Assembly: GCA_034669905.1 (NCBI GenBank)
Contig: JAXMOL010000011.1
Location: 32,001-96,000 of the forward strand
Direction: 5' to 3'
DNA length: 64,000 nucleotides
From: Candidatus Hydrogenedentota bacterium
GTDB lineage: Bacteria; Hydrogenedentota; Hydrogenedentia; Hydrogenedentales; JAEUWI01
Shown here: piece by piece, positions 1-9,955 of the stretch
Numbering within the stretch: the stretch's first letter is position 1
Layout: the number at the start of each line of letters is the position of its first letter
Notes under the pieces: generated by a model
Databases searched by the model: none
Told to the model about the DNA's origin: nothing
What the model saw: the letters and a program-made list of their open reading frames with translations, nothing else
Made by a program: the position numbers and the translations under genes

Positions 1-775
1 TACGCGCCACCGTGGCCTTACCTCCCGAAATCAGGTGGGCGTAGGGCGAGACCTGTTGAAAAAGGTGGCTCTTACCCGTCCCCCGTGGTCCCAGCTCCAC
101 CATGTTGTAGTTTCGCTCTACGAAGGGCACCATGCGCAAGAGCATAGCGTCAACCTGACGAACGGATAAGCCTTCGGGCTCGATGCCAATGGATCGCAGT
201 AGAAACTGTTTCCATTCTGCCGTGGAGAATTCCTTCCGGGCTTTCTCCAGGCTTTCTAACACATCCCGCTTGGAAAGCTGAATCTCCCGGAGGGAAACCA
301 CTCCAAAAGGCCGCCCCTTACTTTCCTGTGCGATGGCCGCATCGTAGTTAAGTGTTATCTCCGCATAGAAACCGCCGGTCAGCATCCGCTCATGTCTATT
401 TACCAACTCCGGGCTGATTCGCACGTCATTGAGGCGAAGGCTGGGGAGGGTTGCGAGATAGCAGTCGGTCTTGGCGTCGAGCCGGGCGGTGATGATGTCG
501 ATGATCTTCACCTCACCCTGTTCCCGTGCCCTCGCCTTGAATAGCTCCTCTTCACCCGCCTTCACCGTCTTCGATTTCAGCTGACGTTGGACAACTTCGA
601 TCCCCTCATCGATTTCTTCCTGATTGGTGCTGGCACAATAGCGTCCCAACAGGAATTCAACCACATACGTGGGGACAGGGAATTGGCGGCTAAAGGTCCG
701 GACCAAATCTTTCCGGACAAGGTACCCATCCAGAACCGAGGCAGCTTTCTTGTCGATGGCATCAAGCTCAATCAT
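1..775 (-). CDS. brxL: BREX Lon-like/AAA+ protein BrxL, N-terminal part (runs off the window edge)
   Basis: Not in the ORF track. Manual translation from ATG at 775 gives MIELDAIDKKAASVLDGYLVRKDLVRTFSRQFPVPTYVVEFLLGRYCA...NMVELGPRGTGKSHLFQQVSPY, which has a Walker A motif and a typical BrxL N-terminus. It lies directly after pglZ. Confidence 0.9.
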   Translation of the reverse strand, partial: MIELDAIDKKAASVLDGYLVRKDLVRTFSRQFPVPTYVVEFLLGRYCASTNQEEIDEGIEVVQRQLKSKTVKAGEEELFKARAREQGEVKIIDIITARLDAKTDCYLATLPSLRLNDVRISPELVNRHERMLTGGFYAEITLNYDAAIAQESKGRPFGVVSLREIQLSKRDVLESLEKARKEFSTAEWKQFLLRSIGIEPEGLSVRQVDAMLLRMVPFVERNYNMVELGPRGTGKSHLFQQVSPYAHLISGGKATVAR

Positions 776-777
776 GG

Positions 778-3120
778 TCAACCCTTACCAATCATTGTAT
801 TTGTTTGGGCCTTTAAGGCACCGTTTTCATCCACCAGGACTACCACGGCGTCTTGCCCTTCCAGGTCTTCATCTTCGACAACAACGCTCCCCGTTCCATT
901 ATTTTTCATGGGCTTACTGCTCAATACCACGCTGGAATCTGCATTTCCCGCTTGGGTACGAATATCAAGGACGAGCCCGGAAACGTCGCCATCAACGGCC
1001 ACGGTACACCGAAGTCCCTTCCAAACCACATCCGTAATTTCAATAAGACTCCCGGATGGATCTGCACCAGGTCTGGTCACCTTCAACTGAAGGGTCAGGC
1101 ATTCCTGAAGGCTCAAGCCTCCATGGGCATATTCCTCCCCGTGTTTGAAACAGCTTATCCCATCGGCAAGGGCAAATTGCTGGTTCGGGTCCCAATACCA
1201 GGGGTACAATCGCTCCTTGGTCTTTACACCGGGTTTTACCGAGGCACACCGTCCCCATTTGTGCTCCGTCAATGCGGCAGCCAACTCTACTTTGGGCAAT
1301 CCACCTGGCAGTAATAACCATCCATGGTCGGTGACCACATGCACCTGCTTCCAGCCCGCATCCAGCAACCCCGAGATTCGGTCACGGATTTCCGCCAAGA
1401 GCCCATCTAGATGTCGTGCCAATTTACACCCCCGGTCATGACCTTCGTGGTCAATATCCCCAAAGGCACACCAGGCCTTCCCGGTACCATCTCCGTGTTC
1501 TGCGGGATCTAGAATGGTCCAACCGCCATCGGTGAGTAATTTCTTCAGATGATAGCCACCCTTTAGGGACTGTCCCGTCTCCAGCATACCCGGCTCGAAG
1601 TCCGTATTGGCTTCCTGTCCCCGAATCTTGTCACGTACCGGGGTGATCGCCGGTTTACCGGTAGCCGTGACACTGGGCAATGCCGTCCAACAGGGAGACT
1701 CCGCCGCCGTCATCCCATCCTGATCCAAGAGGTCTTGCAGTCGTTTACCTACGTCAAACCGAAGGCCATCAACAAACAGAATACAATCCCCGTCCTGATA
1801 GACTGGCTTGGCCGCCGAAAGACAGGTACCCCCCGGATAGGTCGTGCCATCCACGGACTTCTGAAGGTGTCGGGCCGATTGCTCTGCCCAAGGTTGGTAA
1901 ATGGCGCGAATGGCTACCGTAATGGCTTGCAGGTCTTTGGCGTTTTCCGATTCGGCCAGGGCGCGTAACACCGCATCGTCCGCCATCCAACCCTGATGTT
2001 GATAGGCTGCGGCCATATCTTCTGCGGTACCGGCCGCGATGGAGGTTTTGGTAACCTTGGCAAGAGCGGACAAGTGTTCCAGGGCCATCGCCAGGGGAGC
2101 CTGTCCCAGTTCCGCCCACACCAAGTTACGGCGTGGTCCATGGGACTGTTCCAAGGACATCAACCGCGTTCGCCCGTCATGGGCCGTGCATTGGTCGAGG
2201 GCTAGTACATCCGCCCGAAGAGATTCCTCTTGTTCTTCATTCCATTGGGGCCAAGCCCCATGGGATTTGACATCGCTAAGTAAGTCCGGTGGGGGCATGG
2301 GACATTGACGTAGACGTTGGGGGATACCCGGATACCGCTTGGGTGCTTCACAGAACCGTTCCCAGGCCGAGCGCCAGGGGCCTTCCTGAGCCGCCAAACG
2401 CTTTACGCCTTCCAGGATACCATCGTTTTGTGGATCGAAGGCCATCGTCGATTTACAGACCGATACGAAGGCCTTCCACTCGGCATCGCTCCGGCTATCC
2501 TTGAACACGTCCTCCTGGTCCAGCCAGTGAAGCAGATCCCGCATCGGATCGCCTCCAGTCAACAAGGTGTTGAAATAATCCTTGCCCAGCTGTTTTTCCT
2601 GGAGCAGATTCAGGTCTTCATCCAGCAGCCGGGTCAGGGCCAGTTGCATGGCATTTTTGGCGTCGTTATCCTGCGACACATCCAATCCCAACCCACCCTG
2701 GTCAGATTTTAGGAAGGCCAATATGGTCCAATCCTTGGCATTAATCTGAGACCAAATCGCCCCGCGATACTGCAATTCAGCGAGAGGTTTTAAGTGGTCC
2801 GGACAACTCTCAATCGCCCGGAGGTCTTGACGGCTTACACCGGGCAGATACAGCACGGGTATCCGGTCTTCTGGCAGGGTCACGTCTTCCGTCGTCCGGG
2901 CAATGAGACAGCGAAGCCAGATAGCTGGTCCGGTACGCTTTTCTGGCGCATAGTCACCCAGGCAAACCAGTTCGGGCACTTCTGCCTGCAGCAGGGGTAT
3001 AGCCGTTTCCCACTGCCGGTCTTTGTCAGGCCACAAAACGCATGCGGGTGCAACCTCCACCTCCGCGTTGTGGGTGGATGCCTTTCGAATGGCTTTTACG
3101 AGATGCTCGACGATGGTCAT
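778..3120 (-). CDS. pglZ: BREX alkaline-phosphatase-fold protein PglZ (type B-like)
   Basis: 780 aa. Motifs LFVDGLRFD, LPSVTATGK, DIDHEGH, VVTDHGW and YAHGGLSLQE, in BREX context. Confidence 0.93.
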   Translation of the reverse strand: MTIVEHLVKAIRKASTHNAEVEVAPACVLWPDKDRQWETAIPLLQAEVPELVCLGDYAPEKRTGPAIWLRCLIARTTEDVTLPEDRIPVLYLPGVSRQDLRAIESCPDHLKPLAELQYRGAIWSQINAKDWTILAFLKSDQGGLGLDVSQDNDAKNAMQLALTRLLDEDLNLLQEKQLGKDYFNTLLTGGDPMRDLLHWLDQEDVFKDSRSDAEWKAFVSVCKSTMAFDPQNDGILEGVKRLAAQEGPWRSAWERFCEAPKRYPGIPQRLRQCPMPPPDLLSDVKSHGAWPQWNEEQEESLRADVLALDQCTAHDGRTRLMSLEQSHGPRRNLVWAELGQAPLAMALEHLSALAKVTKTSIAAGTAEDMAAAYQHQGWMADDAVLRALAESENAKDLQAITVAIRAIYQPWAEQSARHLQKSVDGTTYPGGTCLSAAKPVYQDGDCILFVDGLRFDVGKRLQDLLDQDGMTAAESPCWTALPSVTATGKPAITPVRDKIRGQEANTDFEPGMLETGQSLKGGYHLKKLLTDGGWTILDPAEHGDGTGKAWCAFGDIDHEGHDRGCKLARHLDGLLAEIRDRISGLLDAGWKQVHVVTDHGWLLLPGGLPKVELAAALTEHKWGRCASVKPGVKTKERLYPWYWDPNQQFALADGISCFKHGEEYAHGGLSLQECLTLQLKVTRPGADPSGSLIEITDVVWKGLRCTVAVDGDVSGLVLDIRTQAGNADSSVVLSSKPMKNNGTGSVVVEDEDLEGQDAVVVLVDENGALKAQTNTMIGKG

Positions 3121-4913
3121 TCGATAGGCTCCATCAATGAAAATAGCTCCATCGCCTGACTAACCAAATCGTCCGTCCTCTTCTCTATCCCAGTGGTATC
3201 CCATGTACGGGCTTTTGCCAAGCGAGCGTTCAAACTTAGACCGTTCTTATACCCGACGGGGCGTTTCTTTTTATCGCACCGGTCACGCTTATCTTCGAAG
3301 CTCTTGTTGCCAAGCGAGCTGTTGAAACCAGAAATGGTCAGATTTCCCAATCGATGCACATGGCTTCTCTGGATTTCTCTTGCCGTCTCAACGTCGCCAT
3401 CAGCAATCATGTTAACCCACGGCTTGGGAATGTTCTCCCCCTGTGGCAAGACATGTTCAATGGTCCACAGAAATTGCTTTCCTTTCGTGCGCCACAGGTC
3501 CACCCAGGTTTCCTCCGTCATGCCTTGCTCTGCCAAGGCGCACAGTATGAACCGAGTGACCCCGGCGTTCTCCTCATAAATCGGACCTTCCAGCTTTTGT
3601 CTGAAAGACTCGTCGGATGCGGAAATTTCCAAGAGTCTCGTTCGAACAAGCTCGGGAACTGCCGCACCTGACGTACCATCGAGGCCTTCAACAATTGTCA
3701 TGAACACCCTCGTCATGTCCCGCGTGGGTGGCGTATCGGTGAGGTTGCGACGAACGAAAAATCGAACGAGCAAAGAAATAATCGATGTGAGGTGATCAAT
3801 ATTGAGATCGAGGGCCTTCTGTCGCACCAATAAGTGAAGCATCAGCAAGTAAGAAGGTGCGCCTTGTATTCGCTCAAGCTGCTTTAATGGATAGGCCAAG
3901 TCCTTCAGAGTATGGTCAGAGCGTCGTGCCAATATGGTCGCATAGAGCCGTCCTGCCTCGCTCACCTCCTGGAGAAAGAGCTGCGCGTCATGGTTGATGA
4001 GTCTCTCATAGACTTGGATAAGGTTGGAGCGCGTAGCGAGTGGGACCTGGAAGATCGCTTTCAAATCTTCCCTGAACGCATTGTAGTACTGGCGAAAAAA
4101 ACGCTCTTGTACGGCGTAGTCATCCCCCAAGTACGTAAGCAGGCGATTCCAGAGCTTGAAATAGTGATCAACCTTACCCGGATCCGCTTTCTCCAATTGG
4201 GCCAAGAGCTTGTTCTTAATGAGGTCGACCCCGGTGAGGGGCATTCCACGATTATTCAGGGACTCGAATAAGGTATAAGCGTCGGCATGGCTCGCCACTT
4301 CAATCTTGACCAGACACGATTGTCTAACGTTGTCGAGGAACTCTGTAATCGCATTAACGGGCTTGTCCAAGTCCTTGATCACACCCTCAAGGCGGCCCAA
4401 AAAATACCGATAGGCTCGGAATATCTTGCGATTTCCAGCATAGGGTGGTTTGTCATACGCACCGATAATCTTTATTTTCGCCAGGATAGCTCGGTAGTCG
4501 TCCTGGTTATAGTTCTGAATCTGTGGAACCAAACGAATAACGTCGTCTCCCTTCTTCAAGACCAGCATGCGCTTCAAGTTGACCAATTCGACCCGCTGCT
4601 CATCATTCAGAGTGGCGTTATGGGCTTTTAGCTTGGTGTATAGCGCGGCAAGAAGTAGTGAGAGAGTCGTCAAACGTTGCTGACCATCCACCAGTTCAAG
4701 ACTTTGGGTGGATAGCGTATCCGGCGAGTGATTGATGCAAATGATTGAGCCCAAGAAGTACCCAGGGTCATTTTCGAATACATCGTCAAACAGGTTTTCC
4801 CACTGGCTCTTGCTCCAAGTATATTCACGCTGATAGCGGGGGATGGCGTATACGACGTTCCCTTCAATATCAAGTAGCTGGGTGATCGGATAGTTATTTA
4901 CCGACTTAATCAT
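3117..4913 (-). CDS. DUF262 + DUF1524 (HNH) protein, GmrSD/BrxU/SspE-like nuclease
   Basis: DUF262 motifs IPRYQREYTW, VDGQQRLTT and FESLNNRG. DUF1524 motifs TIEHVLPQ and LGNLT...NSSLGN. Likely start is ATG 4913 (MIKSVNNY). The stop overlaps the pglZ start. Confidence 0.9.
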   Translation of the reverse strand: MIKSVNNYPITQLLDIEGNVVYAIPRYQREYTWSKSQWENLFDDVFENDPGYFLGSIICINHSPDTLSTQSLELVDGQQRLTTLSLLLAALYTKLKAHNATLNDEQRVELVNLKRMLVLKKGDDVIRLVPQIQNYNQDDYRAILAKIKIIGAYDKPPYAGNRKIFRAYRYFLGRLEGVIKDLDKPVNAITEFLDNVRQSCLVKIEVASHADAYTLFESLNNRGMPLTGVDLIKNKLLAQLEKADPGKVDHYFKLWNRLLTYLGDDYAVQERFFRQYYNAFREDLKAIFQVPLATRSNLIQVYERLINHDAQLFLQEVSEAGRLYATILARRSDHTLKDLAYPLKQLERIQGAPSYLLMLHLLVRQKALDLNIDHLTSIISLLVRFFVRRNLTDTPPTRDMTRVFMTIVEGLDGTSGAAVPELVRTRLLEISASDESFRQKLEGPIYEENAGVTRFILCALAEQGMTEETWVDLWRTKGKQFLWTIEHVLPQGENIPKPWVNMIADGDVETAREIQRSHVHRLGNLTISGFNSSLGNKSFEDKRDRCDKKKRPVGYKNGLSLNARLAKARTWDTTGIEKRTDDLVSQAMELFSLMEPIE

Positions 4914-5122
4914 TCTCCGGTTCCCTGTGCAGCTTTTTTCTCGGCCAAAGTTAGATGGTAGTCGTTGATGCGGTCGCCTTTGAACACCGGATACCAGGGG
5001 GCGGACCCCACGTCTTTGCCACGGTCTTTGTCCGGCCACAACACACACGCGGGAGCCACTTTCGGCACAGTATTGTGAATTGCTGAATCACGAATGAACA
5101 TCTTGAAGCGGTCTATCAGCAC
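4910..5122 (-). pseudogene. Chimeric remnant: pglZ 5' fragment fused to a pglX 3' tail
   Basis: The first half (…HNTVPKVAPACVLWPDKDR) matches the PglZ N-terminus (…HNAEVEVAPACVLWPDKDR). The second half (GKDVGSAPWYPVFKGDRINDYHLTLAEK) aligns with the PglX C-terminus (GKDV…RINNTHIPLSSK). Confidence 0.8.
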
Positions 5123-5305
5123 AATATCACCTTTTTATAACGAGAAGCTTGAAGTCGCTTCACAGCTTCTGCAAACAAGCTCCAAGTTCTACTCAAAAGC
5201 TAAGCCCTCTACACCGACTAGGTTTGGAGCACATCCTGGGGAGTGTATTCGAGGATACCTACCGATAAGATTCGCTTCGATCTAAGTATGTGCGGATTCA
5301 CTGAG

Positions 5306-6523
5306 CTAAAAAAGCATCATCTGGGCATCGTTCTTTTTCTCTATGTCCCGGAGGGATTCGAGATAGGCTGGACCATCTAGCTCACTATCTAGAATTTCGA
5401 AACTATTTATTTTCGTTCCCAAAAGCTTGGTCCGTTCTCTGCTTTGCTCATAAAGTGCCTCAAACAAAACTGACGGCACTATCGTTCCTGTCCTAATAAT
5501 TCGGCAGCATAGTCCAGCGCATGCCTGATTACTCAGCAGGTCATCAGTTTCATCAAGATACTCCAGTATCTGCTCCGGACAATGGTACTTTTCATGGACG
5601 ACTTTCCAAAGCTGTTTCTTTTCACGATATCCGTCGGGCGGGACTATATCTCTTGAGGATTGGTACATTCTTGTTGACGATACGCTATCTGTGTGAAATA
5701 TTGAGTCTACCGCAAACTGACCGACCGGAGCGCAAACTGCATTGCCCGCCATTCGAAGTGCGCTACCTCTCTTGATACCCTCAAATGCATTCATGTCATG
5801 GAAGCCTTGAAAGCCCAAATTTTCCTTTACCGTAAGCTTTCGAACTTTTTTGTCATAGCACACCGCAACTGGGGATATGCCTCCTTTGTGTGAGGGAGCT
5901 CCGACTTTCAAAGTAGGGACAAAATCCTCCCTTAGGCACAACGACCGGGCACTAGCGGTCCAGTAGAAACTCAACACCTTCTTTCCTTCTTCAATCCTCG
6001 AAGGTCGCTTAGGCGGCTTTATCTCGCGATGAAGCGCCAAGGCGATGTTCTTGATTCTCGATGCGACGACGAAGATTCGATTCCTGTCTTGTGGTACACC
6101 GAGTTCTAAAGCGTTTATTAATCTCCAAGAACAATACGAAAGACCAATACTTTCCAGTTCGTCTAATACCGTTTTGAAGTCTTCCCCTTTATTGATGTCA
6201 AGAAGATTGGGAACGTTTTCCAAAACGACCGTATGAGCTTTGCTCTCGTTTACGATTCGTATTATCTGAAAGAAGAGGGAGGACCTTATTCCCTTCAATC
6301 CACTTTGCATTCCCGCTTTTGAGATGTCTTGACAAGGCCATCCAGCAACTACCACATCCACTTTAGGCGGAGTAAGTGTCTCGACATCGTCGTGAAGGTC
6401 GGTGTTTTTGAACCTTCTACCCAAGACTATTCTGGCGTCCTCATCAATCTCGCAGCAAAGGACTGGAGGCGCAGACTCGGATTCGAGCCCGCCAATCCCA
6501 CTGAATAAGCTGATATATCTCAT
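5306..6523 (-). CDS. DNA (cytosine-5)-methyltransferase
   Basis: Motif I LFSGIGG, motif IV GWPCQD, motif VI LENV, motif VIII PQDRNRIF, motif X AGNAV. ATG 6523 has a GAGGTGG RBS. Confidence 0.92.
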   Translation of the reverse strand: MRYISLFSGIGGLESESAPPVLCCEIDEDARIVLGRRFKNTDLHDDVETLTPPKVDVVVAGWPCQDISKAGMQSGLKGIRSSLFFQIIRIVNESKAHTVVLENVPNLLDINKGEDFKTVLDELESIGLSYCSWRLINALELGVPQDRNRIFVVASRIKNIALALHREIKPPKRPSRIEEGKKVLSFYWTASARSLCLREDFVPTLKVGAPSHKGGISPVAVCYDKKVRKLTVKENLGFQGFHDMNAFEGIKRGSALRMAGNAVCAPVGQFAVDSIFHTDSVSSTRMYQSSRDIVPPDGYREKKQLWKVVHEKYHCPEQILEYLDETDDLLSNQACAGLCCRIIRTGTIVPSVLFEALYEQSRERTKLLGTKINSFEILDSELDGPAYLESLRDIEKKNDAQMMLF

Positions 6524-6546
6524 ATGATTCCACCTCTGCTCGGAAC

Positions 6547-9500
6547 TCAATCTTGCTTACTACTTAAGGGAATATGGGTGTTGTTAATACGGGCTCGCAT
6601 AACGGCCTTCTTCTTTCCAACCACCTTAGACACGTCCTTCCCACTATCATTTTCCCAAGAGATATTTGGTCTGATGCGAAGAACACCTGCACCCGACTTA
6701 CCCCAATGAGGGACAGTCATAAAAGGCCTTATATTGATACGCACTCCGTCTCTAAGGTCTGGATTCCAACCCCTCGGTTGTCTCGATAGTGGTTTCCATC
6801 GAACGAAGATATCGTATGGCACCTCCCCTGTCTTCACTAGTTCGAGTTTTTTCTTAAGGTCTTCCGCCGCTTCAAGCTTCACTCTAGCCCCGTCGACTCC
6901 ATCCCGAATATCTTGTTTCTGGCGAGATATCCAGTCCTCTAAGTAATTGTATATCAGCGTTTCGAGGTTCTTGTAGTCCAATTTATGGTAGTTGACTAAC
7001 GCCGAAAATCCATCTACCTGACCATCCCATATGTGCCAAATGAATGGTCGTTGTTGAAAAAGTCTACAGTGCTGGAGAAAAAACTTATCTCGCAACCAGG
7101 ACTCCAGTTCTTTTCCTGCGTGACCGGAACTCCTGAGTAGTTGCGACTCGATATCATTGGACCACAAGTTGCCATAGGCAGCATTCAGAAGATCAACTAA
7201 ACGGTCGGCAGCCGACGCTTCGCCGCGTAATGCCGGGATACAGACGATGCCGTCGTCATCAGAAAAAGTTGCAAGCTCTTTACTTCGCGCCACCCATTCT
7301 TGTTGTTCGTCCGAGATATCTATATTGGAGTAAAATTCGGCTGGCCATCGATATCCGAGGAGGCGTATGACGGCAACCTGAAGCACGGTACTATCAGTGC
7401 GCAATGGCCCATGCTTCGACCCTCCACATCTTTTGTCCCAGACCACGGAGCCGCAGGGATGTCCATGAAAGATAAACTGGCGGGGATCATCAGAAAATGG
7501 CTTGGATAAGCCATTCGGGTAATCTTTTTTTGAAACATTGGCCCAGCGCTGAAGGTCAAAAGGAACCTTGTCCAAGACACCAGTGGGCTTGATCAGTTTT
7601 TGATTTAGTCTCTTGACCGCTTCACGGTACTCTGCTGATTTGCAAAAACTGAGTATTGCTGCCAAATGACCTTCGTCCTTTGGAACCAAAGCAACACCGT
7701 TTTGGGCATGAATTTCCCCATAGGTGAGGCATGCGCTTAGGTGCGTTCTGGAAACGAATATGCCCGGCTTTCCAAAAGCTGGCTTTCCCTGTATACGTGC
7801 ACCGCTGAATCGCGAAATCTCTCCAATTCCGCTTTCCCAAAGAAAGACACTCTGTCTTCCCCAGTAATACTCCAGAGACTTTTCTGAAGCTATGAGCACA
7901 GACCATTTCTTGGCAATTTTGCTGAGCTCCCAAAAGTATCGATCGAATCTTTTTGTGTCGCCCCTCGATAAACCTTCCCATGTCTCTACATAATCAGAAA
8001 GACTGTGGGAGTCTGGCAATCTATTATCGGTGAGTACAAATCCTGGATTCTGCAAAAGAAATGACTGTACTGTGACATCAAAACCTTTGCCCTTTAGGGC
8101 TTCTGACTTGTGTCTCGAGCTACCTTGGTCAGATAGATCGATATAGCCCATCGTATTATTCAGCGAAGGTTTTCGAGGGCACATTGTTAATAGTGCGACA
8201 TCGACAACCTCGCCGCCTATCGTTTCGAAAGCTCGCTTTCCAAGGGCCGCAATGCTTAATAGAGATAGATTCTTGATACAGTACTCGCGAAGAGGACTAT
8301 AGTCCTCTGTGTATGTCATCCACGCTCGGGGGACCACTACGGAAATGGCACCTCTTTTTTCACTGAGCTCTATAAGTCTCAATAGAAACGCTACTGCAAG
8401 GTTCGATTTACCCAATTCAAAAAACGAATCTACATGTTTTCTCAGTTGAGCAACCTGCCTTCCTCTAGCCAAGAAAGGAACATTGGTTATTATCCAGCAG
8501 TAATTTTGACTCAGTATTTTGGCGACGCGAGCGAGCCCATGGGCTACGACAGCCATCTCATGGCGTTCAGGTCGAGACACCTTTTCGAGTGCAGCGAATA
8601 GCAGAGGCTCTACTTCCTGCCAGTCGGAATTGGAAGGAGCTGTTTTCTGAATGGTTGCTACAGGGCTAATCAAGCTTCCAAGTATTGGTGCGTTCTTAAA
8701 CTTCGAATACAACGCTTCCAGCGACAAACGTAGGCTTGAATGGTCTTCAGCAAGGCTTAACCATTCTTCCTTTTGGCCGCGAATCGATAGTCCTGAACAA
8801 GCGATATTCAGATTCGGCAATGGACGATAGCTACCTGCGCACGGATATTTCCAGGCTGCAAGAGCAAGGGCAAAACAAGCTAACTCTACACATCGTTTGT
8901 CGATCTCCAAACCATGAATATTCTCACGCAGCACTGCATTCACTGCCTGACGGGAAGAGAGTTCCTCCAACTCCATACGCATTGGTACTAGCATGAGAAA
9001 AGCCGCGACCAGGAAATGACCCGAGCCGCAACAGGGGTCCAGAGTCTTGAACTCACTTAGCTTCTCAGGCCAGTCATCAAACGTACCGTTGACAGTAGAC
9101 CAAGGACCCTCTTCTTTCTTTGAAAAACGAAGGTATTCCAAGGGCACGCCCGGTATGGATGCCTTTGTGCGGAGTTCCTCTTCGCTCTTTGCACCTTTCA
9201 GATCGGACTCACTCAACCGGCGAGCGGCCCACCAGGCTCCCAAAGAATTATCCAATAGAAAGGCCACCATATAGGGCTCGGTAAAAAGTTGGGTAACTGC
9301 AGACAATTCCTGCGCACCAATTTCTATTTCTTGGGCGTTGACCTCATCTTTTCGTTTGGACTGCCAAAACTGATAGACCCAGCCCAGGGAATCCGACGCA
9401 ATGAATACTTCACTCGGCAGATTGGCCACCAACCGTTCCAGCTGCTGCTGGTGTTCCGGCGGCAATACCAACTGAAACACCGGGGAATCCGGACGAAATA

Positions 9501-9933
9501 TCTGGGGCAACATCCGTGCCGCAAAGCGTGCCGCCAATTCCCATCCATTGGCCGCGCCTTCATCGGCGGCCAAGTCCTCACATTCCTCCAGGGATATGGC
9601 GATTGACTCATCCGGGTCCGGATACATGAGGAGATTGTTTTCCGCCAGGAACCAGGCAAAGAGCATGCGGTGCCAATGCTCATACGCCACTTCCTCCAAT
9701 AGCCGGTCCATGGACTGGACCTTCTCACTCCCCAGGGCATCGCCCAATTGGCGACCATGGATCCGAAGCTTACGTCGAAGTTCCCGTTCCTCCTCCGTCA
9801 GATGCCCCGGTGCTGAAGCATCCGACACACCCAATTGCCCCAAGGCAGAACGGGCGGCTTCCTCGGCGATATCCCGTGCTTCTTTGACGGTCTTTTCCAA
9901 GGTGTTTCGAAGCGATTTCTCCAGTGGCTGCAT
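6547..9933 (-). CDS. pglX: BREX adenine methyltransferase PglX (BrxX)
   Basis: 1128 aa. VTQLFTEPYMV, LDPCCGSGHFL (SAM-binding), TNVPF (catalytic-type motif) and QRPFIWHIWDG. Lies downstream of brxC. Confidence 0.93.
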   Translation of the reverse strand: MQPLEKSLRNTLEKTVKEARDIAEEAARSALGQLGVSDASAPGHLTEEERELRRKLRIHGRQLGDALGSEKVQSMDRLLEEVAYEHWHRMLFAWFLAENNLLMYPDPDESIAISLEECEDLAADEGAANGWELAARFAARMLPQIFRPDSPVFQLVLPPEHQQQLERLVANLPSEVFIASDSLGWVYQFWQSKRKDEVNAQEIEIGAQELSAVTQLFTEPYMVAFLLDNSLGAWWAARRLSESDLKGAKSEEELRTKASIPGVPLEYLRFSKKEEGPWSTVNGTFDDWPEKLSEFKTLDPCCGSGHFLVAAFLMLVPMRMELEELSSRQAVNAVLRENIHGLEIDKRCVELACFALALAAWKYPCAGSYRPLPNLNIACSGLSIRGQKEEWLSLAEDHSSLRLSLEALYSKFKNAPILGSLISPVATIQKTAPSNSDWQEVEPLLFAALEKVSRPERHEMAVVAHGLARVAKILSQNYCWIITNVPFLARGRQVAQLRKHVDSFFELGKSNLAVAFLLRLIELSEKRGAISVVVPRAWMTYTEDYSPLREYCIKNLSLLSIAALGKRAFETIGGEVVDVALLTMCPRKPSLNNTMGYIDLSDQGSSRHKSEALKGKGFDVTVQSFLLQNPGFVLTDNRLPDSHSLSDYVETWEGLSRGDTKRFDRYFWELSKIAKKWSVLIASEKSLEYYWGRQSVFLWESGIGEISRFSGARIQGKPAFGKPGIFVSRTHLSACLTYGEIHAQNGVALVPKDEGHLAAILSFCKSAEYREAVKRLNQKLIKPTGVLDKVPFDLQRWANVSKKDYPNGLSKPFSDDPRQFIFHGHPCGSVVWDKRCGGSKHGPLRTDSTVLQVAVIRLLGYRWPAEFYSNIDISDEQQEWVARSKELATFSDDDGIVCIPALRGEASAADRLVDLLNAAYGNLWSNDIESQLLRSSGHAGKELESWLRDKFFLQHCRLFQQRPFIWHIWDGQVDGFSALVNYHKLDYKNLETLIYNYLEDWISRQKQDIRDGVDGARVKLEAAEDLKKKLELVKTGEVPYDIFVRWKPLSRQPRGWNPDLRDGVRINIRPFMTVPHWGKSGAGVLRIRPNISWENDSGKDVSKVVGKKKAVMRARINNTHIPLSSKQD

Positions 9934-9955
9934 GGTTTGTTTCTCCCCCTCTTTG

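Noticed and set aside
577..771. 64-aa minus-strand ORF after pglZ
   Set aside because: Wrong frame. The real gene is brxL starting at 775, omitted from the track because it has no stop in the window.
4914..5048. N-terminal extension of the DUF262 ORF in the track
   Set aside because: It overlaps the chimeric scar in another frame; ATG 4913 with an ATGA overlap is the better start.
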